Origin: Macrostomum lignano
Taxonomy: Eukaryota
DNA: 64,000 nucleotides
Direction of reading: 5' to 3'
NCBI GenBank assembly: GCA_002269645.1
Contig: NIVC01003749.1
Span: forward strand, 1-64,000
Positions 46,201-59,700 of the stretch are shown one piece after another (within the stretch, counting starts at the first letter, position 1; every line of letters begins with the position of its first letter). Position numbers and translations under genes: made by a program. The notes beneath the pieces are model-generated. The model was not told the origin of the DNA, searched no databases, and saw only the letters and a program-made list of their open reading frames with translations.

Positions 46201-49200
46201 TGTGTAGCTGCCCCCCCCTGTGTAGCTGCCCCCCCCCCTGTGTAGCTGGCCCCCCCTGTGTAGCTGGCCCCCCTGTGTAGCTGCCCCCCCCTGTGTAGCT
46301 GCCCCCCTGTGTAGCTGGCGCCCCCCCCCTGTGTAGCTGGCGCCCCCCCTGTGTAGCTGGCGCCCCCCCCCCCCTGTGTAGCTGGCGCTGACTGAACAAA
46401 GAGCAATAATGAAGTTCCAAGGTTAAATAAGTAAGTATTTACGAGTAATCACTGAATAAACAGTCAGTGGCACACAGGCAACAAGTTTGCTAATTACCAG
46501 TCTTTGAAAGATCCTTGTCCAGCTCAGAGGCAGCCGAACCAATATCCGTGTTAATCAATATGTTGTGTAACTGAAAGTAAATTCAATTCAATGTCAAATT
46601 CAACACCTAAAAAGTGGCACAAAAAGCAATGAGGAACCGATTCTTACCAGGTAGGATCTCTGTGCCGGCCGGAAGAATGTCTCCTTGTTCTCGTGGCCCC
46701 GAAACAGGTGCAGATTTCTCCGGGTAAACGGTCCGCTGATGAAGTCCTCTGCATTGCATTTCGTGTTAATGCATGTGATATGTGATATGAGATATGTGAT
46801 ATGAGATATGTGATATGTGATATGAGATATGTGATATGTGATATGAGATATGTGATATGAGATATGTGATATGAGATATGTGATATATGATATGAGATAT
46901 GTGATATGAGATATGTGATATATGATATGAGATATGTGATATGTGATATGAGATATATGATATGAGATATGTGACGTGATATGAGATATGTGACGTGATA
47001 TGAGATATGTGATATGAGATATTTTATATGTTATATAGAATATTTTATGTGTTATTGAATATGTACATGTAATATGCGATATGTAATGTGCTAAATGTGA
47101 TGTGTGACATGAGACATGTGATATGTGATATGGCCGGGATGTGTGATATGGGATATGTGATACGTGAAATGTAGTGTGAAATGTGAAATGTGATGTGATA
47201 TGGCCAGGATATGTGATATAAGATATGGAATACGGGATATGTTATACGTGATATATGATGTGATGTGATATGCGACAATGCAATACCATTCAGAGAGACA
47301 ATAGACAAGACTTATAATCACCTTCATCATCTTCAATCATATTGCAGCAGTCGCCAATTTTTTGAAACAAATCGAAACTCTCCAGAGGCGAGATTGTCTG
47401 TGGGGAATTTTTGTTTGCAAAAAAATTACTTTCCTGAAATATTTCTACGATGGCTTAAAGCTGCAACCCCTCACAGACAGCACAAGAAAATAAATCTGTC
47501 ACTCGATTGTTCACGACGGCTGGCAAAAATGAGTGGAGATTACTCAAATCTGTACTAACCACAACCAACTTAGCTTAACCAGGTTGGCTATTTTATTAAT
47601 AAAAGCGGAATACTTTTGGCTTTGAAAGTTAAAAATAGGGTAGGTATATGTTGCGATTGATTATCCTAGGAGTTCTTAATCCTCTTGATAAAGGGGTTGT
47701 AGCCGAGTGGTTAGAGCGTTGTCGTACTCTAGACTGAAAGGTCAGGGGCTCGATTCCCGATCCCACGGGAAAAACTTGTGTCCTTAAGCAATACACTTAA
47801 CTCTGCATTGCTTCAGTTCACCCAGCTGTAAAATGGGTGCCAGCATTAGCTGGGGTAATTGAGGGTGGGAGTGGCGACCCCCCCAGTCCTTAGACTGAAC
47901 AGCCGTACGCAGCCTTCAGATGCGCCGCGCAATAGCTGCGGCTGAGCTGTCGGTTGCACATCTGGATCTGGCTCAATTGGGGCAGGTGTAATCAATTATT
48001 AATATTGATTTTGATTTCTAGTTGCAGACTTTTGTCTATGGTCGGAAAGTGTCCAAGGATTTGGGATTTTATATTTTTCAGAGGCAGGGGGCAGTGTGCA
48101 CCCTGGTGCACTTTAAGCGACATTATCACACAACCGGCGAGAGGCATTACTGCCCATTCCACCGACTCCCCTGAGCAGGCGCACAAGCGCGCGGATACGT
48201 ACGCAGTCATACGCACAGGCACACACTCAGACAGCAGTGTACAGCAGCCCTAGAAATTTGATTTCAGCTTTAATAGCTACATATATATATATATATATAT
48301 AAACTCGATCTTGTTCTAAACGAGCTGAAGGCTGGTAAGAAAGGTCTCCGAAAAGTAATGCGTTATTTACTGGGGTCGCACTCCGAAAACCAAAATACTG
48401 TTAGATATTGCTAGAACTTTCAGAGTAATGATATTTCGGGTTTATGATATTTCGGGTTTATGATATTTCGGGTTTATGATATTTCAGGTTTATGATATTT
48501 CGGGTTCATGATATTTCAGGTTTATGATATTTCGGGTTTATGATATTTCAGGTTTATGATATTTCGGGTTCATGATATTTCGGGTTTATGGTTGTTCGAG
48601 TTTATGATATTTCGGGTTTATGATATTTCGGGTTTATGATATTTCAGGTTTATGATATTTCGGGTTTATGATATTTCAGGTTTATGATATTTCGGGTTCA
48701 TGATATTTCGGGTTTATGATATTTCAGGTTTATGATATTTCGGGTTTATGATATTTCAGGTTTATGATATTTCGGGTTCATGATATTTCGGGTTTATGGT
48801 TGTTCGAGTTTATGATATTTCGGGTTTATGATATTTCGGGTTTTTGATAGAAACCGCTTTTCGGAGTTGTGATTTTTCAGGTTTGTGATGCCCCCCTTAC
48901 TGGCATCCAACTAATTTCTAAGAAAAAAACGATTTTAGAGCCCCTTATAATTGACTTGTCCACGAGTACATTTTTTTCAAAAAATTGATGTAATGTTACT
49001 TACTCACTACCCATCCCAAGCCAACCAACTTTTTGCCATCAATTTTTTCAATTCTCTTACATTTCTGCTCCATCAATACTGGGGTAAGAAAATACTTTGC
49101 AATTTTTTGTTAAAAGTCTTTCTCTCTCCTCGGCTATTGCACACCACTTTGGAGTTGCGAGAAAGAATTTATGGCCTGGTGGTTAATAGTAAATATGGCT

Positions 49201-50443
49201 TTATTAGTGAAGTAGTTTTCATTTCTGCTCAAGATTGCTCACTCAAGGGTAAAACTTCTGTTCTATGTGGAGAGCTTTTAGAGCAAAGAAAGCAAGAAAT
49301 TTAGTCAAGATTTGGTATGAAAACCGACCCCCTGAGCATTACTCATTCAGCCTCTTGCTTTCACGCTTTGCATCTGCAGCTAAAATTAGTAACGAAAAGC
49401 ACCGCAATAAGCATTGGTTTAACTACTGCCTAATCTCTTATTAAAGATAGATGACCTTTAACTGACACATTGACCGATTCTCTAATTAAAGACAGATGAC
49501 CATTTAGCTTGCACAATGACCAATTCTATAACTGAAGACAGCTATGACCATTTAGCTAGCACAATGACAGATGACCATTTAGCTGGCACAATGACCAATT
49601 CTCTAATTGAACACAGCTATGACCATTTAGCTAGCACAATGACCAATTTTCTAATTAAAGACAGCTATGACCATTAGTTGGCACAATGACCAATTCTATA
49701 GTTAAAGACAGCTATGACCATTAGTTGGTACAATGACCAATTCTCTAATTGAAGACAGCTATGACCATTAGTTGGCACAATGACCAATTCTCTAATTGAA
49801 GACAGCTATGACCATTAGTTGGCACAATGACCAATTCTATAGTTAAAGACAGCTATGACCATTAGTTGGCACAATGACCAATTCTCTAATTGAAGACAGC
49901 TATGACCATTAGTTGGCACAATGACCAATTCTATAGTTAAAGACAGCTATGACCATTAGTTGGCACAATGACCAATTCTTTAGTTAAAGACAGCTATGAC
50001 CATTAGTTGGCACAATGACCAATTCTCTAATTAAAAAAACAAGCTACCAACGTCCCACCAAAATCAGACTGGGTTACCTTGTCCAGCGCCATCTCCAGTT
50101 TGAGTTTCTCAGCCTCGCGAGCCAGAACATTGAACGGGGCGTAAATCTTGATAAACACCAGCGGGTGGTCGCCGCCGTCGTTGTACTCGTAGGTCTCGGT
50201 TTCGATTCCCGGTCGGCGAGATTTCAACGTGTCCAAAAAGATTTGCCGCAATTGCGGCTTCAAGTCCGTGTGATCATCGTGATCGCAGTCCCGGTAGGTC
50301 AGCACGTAGTCGACATTGGGCAGGTGGGTTCCAGTCCATTTAAACTCGGTTGGGCCAAGGATGTCGTCCGGTTCGCTCGATCCCAGTCCGCTATTCACCA
50401 TCAAGCCTGGGTGGCTGCTGCCGCCCAGTTTTTCGACGTCCAT
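31211..50443 (-). CDS. ANO: Anoctamin/TMEM16 family channel or scramblase, 18-19 exons, about 1039 aa
   Basis: Phase-consistent GT-AG exons: 50443-50078, 47397-47322, 46748-46648, 46570-46498, 44331-43917, 41970-41887, 41813-41597, 40903-40814, 40394-40239, 40137-40101, 38346-38237, 38145-37985, 37203-37014, 36350-36066, 34251-34127, (34024-33965), 33608-33208, 32461-32369, 31290-31211. Motifs [61 protein letters not shown]. Confidence 0.92.
31620..32305 (+). repeat. 33/35-bp minisatellite in the last anoctamin intron
   Basis: CACTGGCGGGAAGGCACTG(C/A)AGGATCAAGGAGAGT units. Confidence 0.9.
34440..36000 (+). repeat. 21-bp minisatellite (ATTAGATGGAATCTGAGG(G/T)AG)n
   Basis: Direct reading; intronic. 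Confidence 0.93.
37255..37800 (+). repeat. 13-bp-based minisatellite (GACACCTCTTGAA and variants)
   Basis: Direct reading; intronic. Confidence 0.9.
38395..40070 (+). repeat. 22/23-bp minisatellite (AGTG(T/C)AGTGACGCTAAGGTGGG)n
   Basis: Direct reading; fills almost the whole intron 40100-38347. Confidence 0.93.
40495..40760 (+). repeat. 30-bp minisatellite (GCCCAGCAACTGAGGATCTGGGAGTCT(G/T)TA)n
   Basis: Direct reading; intronic. Confidence 0.9.
41130..41560 (+). repeat. About 66-67-bp tandem repeat, about 6.5 copies
   Basis: AGCG(A/G)GGGACGAGA(T/C)TTTTTAATGAATGTACATTCAATGCCACGATAGATAGTCGCCTATCCTTTC units with no spacers. Confidence 0.9.
42040..42380 (+). repeat. 20-bp minisatellite (TTCTGTCTAACAGGATTCGC)n
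   Basis: Direct reading. Confidence 0.9.
42955..43810 (+). repeat. About 22-bp variable GC-rich minisatellite (GGGGCGCCAAATCTGGGAATC)
   Basis: Direct reading; variable G-runs. Confidence 0.9.
44570..46388 (+). repeat. About 18-bp minisatellite (CTGGCGCCCCCTGTGTAG)n with variable C-runs
   Basis: Direct reading; intronic. Confidence 0.93.
47693..47960 (+). mobile_element. tRNA-derived SINE with a conserved CORE/Nin-like central domain
   Basis: A box TAGCCGAGTGG (47700), B box GGCTCGATTCCC (about 47747), then GTGTCCTTAAGCAATACACTTAAC...CACCCAGCTGTAAAATGGG, resembling the central domain of V/CORE/Deu-type SINEs. Confidence 0.7.
48040..48255. repeat. About 200-bp dispersed repeat, second copy at about 53085-53280
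   Basis: Both copies share AGAGGCAGGGGG..GTGTGCACCCTGG..CACTTTAAGCGACAT...CCGGCGAGAGGCATTACTGCCCATTCC...GGATACGTACGCAG in the same orientation. Confidence 0.85.
48430..48850 (+). repeat. 16-bp minisatellite (TTCGGGTTTATGATAT)n
   Basis: Direct reading. Confidence 0.9.
49440..50030 (+). repeat. 47-bp minisatellite just inside anoctamin intron 1
   Basis: GACCATTAGTTGGCACAATGACCAATTCT(C/A)TA(A/G)TT(G/A)AAGACAGCTAT units. Confidence 0.9.
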
Positions 50444-50561
50444 GGCTCAGTGGCTGAAAGCGTGCTTTCTTATTATCTAATGCGAAGAGAAGGGTCTTTC
50501 GGAATCCTTGACCTGACCGCTTGGTATGAGATGGCTTTGTAGGGAAGGGAAAGACTTAATT

Positions 50562-51745
<1,184 letters not shown>

Positions 51746-52121
51746 ATAGGAGACATTAACACAGACACTAAGACACAAAGACAGACACAGACGAGCAGAA
51801 AAGCTCTCAAGCAATTAAGAAGAGAGAGCATGCAGACTAAACGAAACCCATCTATTGCTAAAATGATTACAAGGATAAGACAGCTGCTTAGGAGAAACTG
51901 CTTCAGCTTGACACAAAAATGGACAAAGAAAATTACACAGATAGAACAATATTGACTCAGGAGGCATCAGACATTTGCTAAAAATAATCCGAAATTAACA
52001 ACATAATCTTCACCTATGCTGGATGAGAGACATTGTAAAAAATCAAGTAACGAAATCAATCATGGTTTACTACGCAAAATGTTGAAAATATACACAGAGC
52101 ACAATAACGCTTTATTACAGG

Positions 52122-52594
52122 TGGGGTCGGCAACCTTTTTAGTGGCAATTCAAGGGCCAGATAGAGAATAAAGATAAACTAAAGGTTAGGCGAGGAAATA
52201 AAGGAGAAGAGAGGAGAGAAGAAATATGAGAGGAGAGAAGAGAGATGGAAGGGGAGAAGAGAGAATTGAGAGGAGAAGAGAGGAGAGAGGAGGGGAGAGG
52301 AGAGGAGAGGAGAGGAGAGGAGAGGAGAGGAGAGAAGAGGAGAGGAGAGAAGGGGAGAGGAGAGGAGAGGAGAGGAGAGGAGAGGAGAAGAGAAGAGAGG
52401 AGAAGAGAGGAGAGGAGAGGAGAAGAGGGGAGAGAATGCAGAGGAGAGAAGAGAGAAAAGAGAAGAGAGCTGAGATGAGACACAAGCCCTGAGCGGACAG
52501 GATTGCTATGGTGAAGTTTCAAAGCACCCGAGGGCCGGATAGAGAGGCTTGGCAGGCCGCATGAGGTCCGTGGGCCGTAGCTTGCCGACCCCCG
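52122..52594. mobile_element. hAT (Charlie-like) non-autonomous element with an internal AG microsatellite; related ends at about 61900-61981 and 32580-32640
   Basis: TIR GGGGTCGGCAA at 52123 and TTGCCGACCCC at 52582, with subterminal GGCCGCATGAGGTCCGTGGGCCGTAG. Confidence 0.7.
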
Positions 52595-52669
52595 TTATAA
52601 AATAAGGCTAGAACCGCAATAACGGATGTGGTTAAGTTTTTAAATCATGTTAGAGACACTGCACCGTCT

Positions 52670-54839
52670 CTAGGCTTCGCCAATGTACAGCTGACTCAAC
52701 TTAGCAACCGCCTCAGCTTCATCTGTGCCATCAGCTGTTGTTGCCGCAGACTCCGCCAGCCGCTTCATCAATCGTTGAGCTGCCTGCTTCTCCGACTGAC
52801 TAAAGAATGCCAGTGCCAATTGAAATCGCTGACAGTTGGTCAGCGCAGTCAGAATGCTGACAGTCGGTTGCGTTGGCAATTTGTCAGAGTCAGCGGCATC
52901 GAGGGCTGTCACGAATTCGCCCAACAGGCCGAATGGAATTTCTGAGGCGAACAAGTTCGAGTAAACTGACGGCGCCAGGCTTAGCAGGTAGCTGCGGCTG
53001 GAATAGTGAAGTTTAGCACAAATTTTTACGGGTTTGTAGCCTGACAAGGATAAACACTTTTTTTATGCTATCGCTGCGCTATTTGGCGGAAAAGTCTCCA
53101 ATTTTTATTTTTTATTAGAGGCAGGGGGGTTGTGTGCACCCTGGCGCACTTTAAGCGACATAGGCACACAACCGGCGAGAGGCATTACTGCCCATTCCGC
53201 CGACTCCCCTGAGCAGGCATACAAGCGCGCGGATACGTACGCAGGCACACACTCACACAGGAGTGTACAGCGGCCCTAACTTTATATTATCGTTAGGCAT
53301 GTACACTTCACTGCGCCTTGGGGGGTTGGCTCTCAAGGCCGTTAATTGCACGAGCAGAGCCAAGCCGAGATTCCAATTCAGCCCCAAATTAATGTGACTG
53401 CACTTGGAATGGAGCCTGGGTCGCTGGCACACCAGAGCAGCTGCGCTACCTCTGGGCTACGGCCCCCTTAAAAGTCTCCAATATTTCATTCGTTGTTTTC
53501 TTATATTAGTGTATATTCTTTTTAAATTCTTATGTCCATTGACTCTAGTAGGACTACTTCCGTTATTGTTGTTGTTGTTGCTGTCCACTGTTTGCGTGCT
53601 GTTGTTGTTGTTCACTGTTTGCTCTTTGTCGTTGTTGTTTTCTGTTTGCTTGTTGTTGTTTTTTGTCGTTGTTGTTCACTGTGTGCTTGTTGTTGTTGTT
53701 GTTCGTTGTTTGTTTCGTTGTTGTTCACTGTGTGCTTGTTGTTGTTGTTGTTCACTGTTTGTTTTTTTTCGTTGTTGTTCACTGTGTGCTTGTTGTTGTT
53801 GTTCACTGTTTGCTTGTTGTTGTTGTTGTTCACTGTTTGCTCGTTGTTGTTGTTAATCACTGTGTGCTTGTTGTTGTTGTTGTTCACTGTTTGCTTGTTG
53901 TTGTTGTTCACTGTGTGCTTGTTGTTGTTGTTGTTCACTGTTTGTTTTTTTTCGTTGTTGTTCACTGTGTGCTTGTTGTTGTTGTTCACTGTTTGCTTGT
54001 TGTTGTTGTTGTTCACTGTTTGCTTGTTGTTGTTGTTAATCACTGTGTGCTTGTTGTTGTTGTTGTTCACTGTTTGCTTGTTGTTGTTGTTCACTGTGTG
54101 CTTGTTGTTGTTGTTGTTAATCACTGTGTGCTTGTTGCTGTTGTTGTTAATCACTGTGTGCTTGCTTTGTTGTTGTTGTTATTGTTGTTGTTGTTGTTGT
54201 TGTTGTTGTTCACTGTGTGCTTGTTGTTGTTGTTGTTCACTGTGTGCTTGCTTTGTTGTTGTTGTTATTTTTGTTGTTGTTGTTGTTGTCAAATGTTAGA
54301 CACAATAACAGGAATTTCTCTTAAAGTTTTGGGCTCATACGCACTTTATCTTCGCAATTTCATGCCAGCGTTTTGCTTGATCGCTTACAATAAATGCCGT
54401 CTCCACTCCAGTTAAAAGACGGCTCATCAATAATGAGTGAGGGTCCTCTGAGCACTCACCGATACTCAGGAGTCTTCAACGATTGCCAACTTCTCACAAA
54501 CTGCTGACAACTGGCAGGCGGCTCTCCAGTGGATGAAGTGGCACCCAGCAGGGAGCTTCCGCTGTCCTCCCGGCCCTCAACTCCCGCACCGCCACCTCCG
54601 CGGCTTCGACCGCGATTCCACAGTCCTGTCTCGTTGGTTCGAATCTCGGTGACTTTCTCGCCGCGATCCAACGGCTTCAAATGGCTGGCGTTGACGATTT
54701 CTTTGAACTCTTCGTAGCTGGCTACGCGCTGGTTTACTGCACGAAATTTTGCATCGTTTTTCTCCCAGTAACGCCTATCGGCTTCTACCGCCTGCTCCAG
54801 CTCCCGTTCCAGCCTGTCCAGATTGATCTCGGCTGACAT
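52670..54839 (-). CDS. CCDC103: CCDC103/DNAAF19 dynein arm assembly factor, 2 exons, 235 aa
   Basis: Exons 54839-54460 and 52997-52670 (708 nt, GT-AG, phase consistent). LERELEQAVEADRRYWEKNDAKFRAVNQRVASYEEFKEIVNASHLKPL plus an RPAP3-C-like domain (LFASEIPFGLLGE...RFQLALAFFS). Confidence 0.93.
53310..53466 (-). mobile_element. tRNA-derived SINE head
   Basis: Minus strand GGGGCCGTAGCCCAGAGGTAGCGC (A box)...GGCTCCATTCC (B box). A related body fragment lies at about 44440-44480. Confidence 0.55.
53560..54290 (+). repeat. Compound (TTG)n/TTCACTGT microsatellite in the CCDC103 intron
   Basis: Direct reading. Confidence 0.95.
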
Positions 54840-57249
54840 GTCTGACAAGACTATTGGCCTGTAGATTTATCTGAAACAGTATGTGAACAACGGTTCAGAA
54901 ACACCATTAAAATATTATTTTCCTTAAGTTATTTAAAACAATCTGTTTACTAACTTTCGGTAGTCATTAATTTTTTATTCAAATGTGTTTACAATCTTGT
55001 AAATTATTCTACTAAAGTATATCAATCAAATCAATGCAAAAATCAAACAATTATAGCTCATTAAATAGTGGATTATTTGGATTTTTACTCTAAGTTATTA
55101 GACTCTTAAATCATAAATCAATACTAAACGTATTTCTTATGTTATTTGACAAAATAGCATATTAGACAGATCATTTTTAGTATATGGACATATATGAGTA
55201 TTTAAATTATGCTTTAAAGGCAAAAATGAGTTTCTGTCTAAAATCAGCTATGAAAGCAGCTCAATCTGTTAAGGGACATTGGCTAGCAACTACATATGAT
55301 GCTTTATAGTGACCTATATAAAATACAATAAAACCTCTTACAGAATTCCAAGCAAAAGGTTTATCGACATTCTTCTTCAATTTAAAGCTGTTAAAATGTG
55401 TAAACTCCTTAAAAAATAAATGTAGGTGCTCTTACATAGAGGAAAATTGCAACCTACAGGCTAAAGAAAAATCCAAAGCTAAAACTTGGTCAATAATTTT
55501 GGTCAATTTCTATACACTCTGCGCACACACGTTATACAATACAATAAATTACAACATTATGCTCCATACACGACAGGATCAAAACATTCTCACGGGCTCT
55601 AACTAATTTTAGGATATGCCTACATAGAATTAGAGCGAATGAAGAAGTCAAGAATGAAAATTAAAATCGCGACTCATTCAATAATTTGATACTTTTCTAC
55701 TTCGCTGCCTCGTGTTTTTTTAATTTGACATCTTATTCATAAAACGATAAAATTCATGTTGTTAAGTCCAGTGGTACCAACAAAAATACTATCCTTAATT
55801 TGAACTGTAAATATAATAAAAAAAATTTATAAACGTTTTCTACACTACGCGGTTAACAATAACACTAAAAACTGATTAAAAAATAGAATGAAAATATTTA
55901 CTTTGTTTTACTAGTTATAAAATAACAGTTTGTTCAATATTTTGACAATGCCACATTTCGTTTAATAATATATGCAAAAATGTATAGGACAATTGCATTG
56001 GAAGTGTTCTAAAATAGTACTATATACATTAATAAAATGGTAAACTCTAGTGGTTCTTGCTGCTAACATTAGCTGGCTTACTTTAGGTTTTTGTTTAGGC
56101 CCTTACTATTAATTTAAATGAAATTTCCTTCCTATGACCATTAAAATAGCCTTTTTTCTTCTTATATATAGTATAGTGACTATAAAAATAATATTTTAAA
56201 TGATCCCATTTAAATAATTGCAGACTGAAGTAGATATATAGGATCCTCTTCAACAAACACTTGCATTGTATGAACATCTCATTGTCTCTTTATATTATTT
56301 TATTCCATATATATATTATTTGGCATTATATACTTTGACAACTAAAAAAAGATTATAATGACTTTGGATTGTTGGTTTGATGTATGATTAAAATGGCACA
56401 TTTTTTGTTTTTTATATCTTTCTAATGGGTATCATCCTAATTTTCAATGATTGTAAACTGAAAGAATGCTTTGTTATCTAAAGGAAATCATTAATGAGGT
56501 TCATTTATATAAGCACAAGGTATAAATATAAATATAGTTATAAAAATCTTATATAATCTATATTTTTTAACTATATCTTAAAAAATAATGGGAAGAAGAA
56601 TAAAAATAAAAGATATAATGCCAGTATATAATAAAAGAAGTCTAGTAACAATTTAGTTGATCTATACTTTTAAACCCTTAAGTCTACTGCTTAAGTCTAA
56701 TTCTAAAAGTACTTTTAGGTATAGTATAGGCCTATAGATTAATAAAAGATTCATTTATTGCTTGTTTGAATAGGAAACATATAAAGTGACATATAAAATA
56801 GACATGCAAAATCTTCAATTGTGCTTTCATACAATAATCTACTAATAGCCTACACTTTGTTATTATTGCTTTCTAAGTATAAGGACTTAATTAACCATTT
56901 AGTCTTTACTCTTTGGTCTTCTATTGATATGTGTGCAATCATATCACATTAGGAAATTCATTAATTAAAAACACACAGTGGAATTTGAAACCTGTCTAGA
57001 ACTATAATTATTAGTATATAAAATTATACAACGAGACAATATTGTTTGAAGCAACCTACAGTTAGCAATCTAAAATATGCATTATGATAGCTTCTAGAAT
57101 AAGGACTCCACTTGGCTAAATCTCAAAGCATAAAGAATCAGTTTTTTTCTAGCTTGTTAATCATTCTTTATTTGGAATTCATTGAAAAATGCTATCAGTT
57201 GTTTGATAGGTTGACTATATAGATAAAATTTTGAAAATTTGAATATTAT

Positions 57250-59700
57250 AAATATTAAATATTAATAATACTCATTCAATTCTTAAGGCACCATGACCTT
57301 TATGATTGCTCCTTTATTTCCTTTTTTTGCATAGCAGGTTGGGCTTAAATTTTTTTTCTATATGATATTCTTGCCAAACTTCCCAGCTATTGTCAACCAG
57401 AACTTTGCCTAGGTAATCTGCAGTAAAGTTGTGCCAGTGGCACTAGGCTAGTCTAGTAAATAGAAATTCATTCATTCAGAACATGCAAGTCACTTTCTGC
57501 CACAAATCTACATTGGCAACATTTTAGGGTCTCAAAGTCAGTGACTTCTAGGTGGATAAACTGACATATTTCAATAGTTCTTATTATTAATTTGTTGATA
57601 GACATGTATTCACCACCTTTCACCACCTTTCATAACACCACAATTGCTATGAAGCCAATAGAAGCTTAATTGCCCTATCTCTCATTGCACTTAAGAGCTT
57701 TCCTTTTGGTTGCTCAAATAGGCCTACTCATATTTATCCTTTTTTGCCCTCTGCAGCTCCTATCTCTAGTTCTCAAGGTAAGCCACTTTCAAATATTGGG
57801 ATCTTTTTGTTTAGGTTCAATTAACTAGATCCAGTGAGTTCGCCATGTGTTTACAGGCTTGTTGCCATATTAGCAGGATTGTGAGCTCAAAGTTGGGCAG
57901 CCCAAGGTGACATTTCCCCAAGGATAGATGGGCCCACCCATTCAGTACACTGAGCTGCATATGTAGGATTTCTATACATGCTTTTTGGATCATTCTAGTT
58001 ACTCTTCTTAACTTGCAGACATATACCCCACTCAATCTAAGTTGCTATATGAGCCTATTATTTAAAACTTCTTTAATCCCTTTTTCTAATATGGCTTTAA
58101 AGGTGCACTTTTAACCATCAAGCCATCACTTCAGCCAATCCCTTGACTAGATGACCTTACTAGTCATAGAGATTTTTACACCAAGTGAAATAAAGTCATC
58201 AATACTACTCACCATAGGCAGCTATTTGCCCTTCTATTGGATTGGATCTAAGCTGACCTTCAAGATTTTTTTGCCCTTGACAAGAAGCAGTATCTGCCTA
58301 GCTGCCTAGTATCTGCCTAGCAAAGAAACTCTAAATGATCATGACCAACTTGGTTTTATAATTTGTTGCTCCCAACAAGATTAGGTCATCAACATATGCG
58401 AGCACTGGCACATCGAATCCCTTGACCAAAAAACAATATCCTGAAGACTGTAGCTCATGCATCAATTTATCAAGTACTAAATTGAATAGGAAGGGGCTAA
58501 ATAGACATCCTTGCTTCATACCATGCTTAATGTTAATATGTCTACTTCATGACCAATACTAATTTTGGTCTAAACATTTGTATATAGATAGATCTCTTAC
58601 TACAATTATCTTGCTTAGGGGGAACCTGAACTTTCTCATGGCATTGAGTATAGCACCATGATGGATGTTGTCAAATGCCTTTGCCAAGTCTATAGATAAT
58701 AAGTTGATCTGGTAGCACTTTTTGCGCATACCTTTTAGTGCACTGCAATAGATTTATGTTTTATTAGCAACCATCTACTAGTCTAAAAGCTTTTTGGCAT
58801 TCACTTATACTCTTGTAGGAGCCTTAGACCAGCAAGTTGTTAATGTTTTTGTGTATAGTCTCAGCAAGAGCCTCTTGGTTGTTAGCAGGCACTAGTTGTT
58901 AGCACTGGTTAGGTCACCACCTTTACATAACTGAATTGTCTGATTCTCCCGCAACTCAATAGGAATTTTTGTAAGTACTGCCAAAAATTGAAGTGAGTGG
59001 CTACCATTTCTCTATCTAGGTTCTTAAGGCAGTGCCTGTTGAACCATCTATCTTGTTACTATCCCTAATGGCATATGTCACCTCTGGTGTCTCAAAAGGT
59101 GCAGTTTTCTTCTCAAACTGGATGCCTTCTACCGCAGTGGTGTCTTTGGGAATCATGCCTGTTGTATTACCTAGGCAATGTTGGTAAACTTTCTTAATCT
59201 TGGCCATCTTAAAGTGGATTTCCATTTCAGAAATCTCTACCTTGTCTAAGATTTTAGAGAAGCAAAATCTAGCCTTATTCCCTTTTGTAGCCCTCAACAA
59301 ATTTACATCTAGCCAAATGCCAACCTCAACTCTGAGTTTATGGGAATTAGTGCCTTTGAATCCAGGTACTGTAAACTTGATTCTTAATGCTTTGCTTCTA
59401 AAGCTTGAAAGCCTAAAGCCTAGCTATAAGCACAGTGTGCTTGCAACTATCAAGCATTCCTGCTATTCTAGGCAGTCTCTAAGATATACCACATGTTGTC
59501 TTATCCTTAATTCCCTTCTCATTTATAAGCCACAAGCCCACAATAGCTAATATTTTTAACTCTTCAAACCTGAACTTATCAGTGCTCCATTCTTTCTAAA
59601 GCCTTCTCAAGTCTTAACAGAATGTATTCAATTGTTACACCTCGACTCCCTCTGCCTTATCTCATAGAAAATTATTCCTAACTCTTTCCCTTTATTTATG
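57250..59700 (-). mobile_element. Degenerate R2-superfamily (restriction-like endonuclease) non-LTR retrotransposon
   Basis: Minus-strand motifs in order: QKAFRLVDGC, IDLAKAFDNIHH, KQGCLFSPFLFNLVLD, VLAYVDDLILL, HLGLP, CCQCRFVAESDLHVLN (CCHC-like) and WHN...WEVWQE...KPNL (PD-type RLE). Many stops and frameshifts. Confidence 0.8.

Noticed and set aside
44535-46420. Two about 620-aa Gly-rich ORFs
   Set aside because: Intronic minisatellite lacking minus-strand stops; C-run indels scramble the peptide with no selection for frame.
47693-47770. Functional tRNA gene (also 53395-53466)
   Set aside because: A and B boxes are present but the cloverleaf is imperfect and the sequence continues into a SINE body.
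59310-59322. TAGCCAAATGCC matching the 28S sequence 3' of the R2 site
   Set aside because: A 12-mer inside the retroelement reading frame (GIWLD) and in the wrong orientation for a target junction; probably chance.
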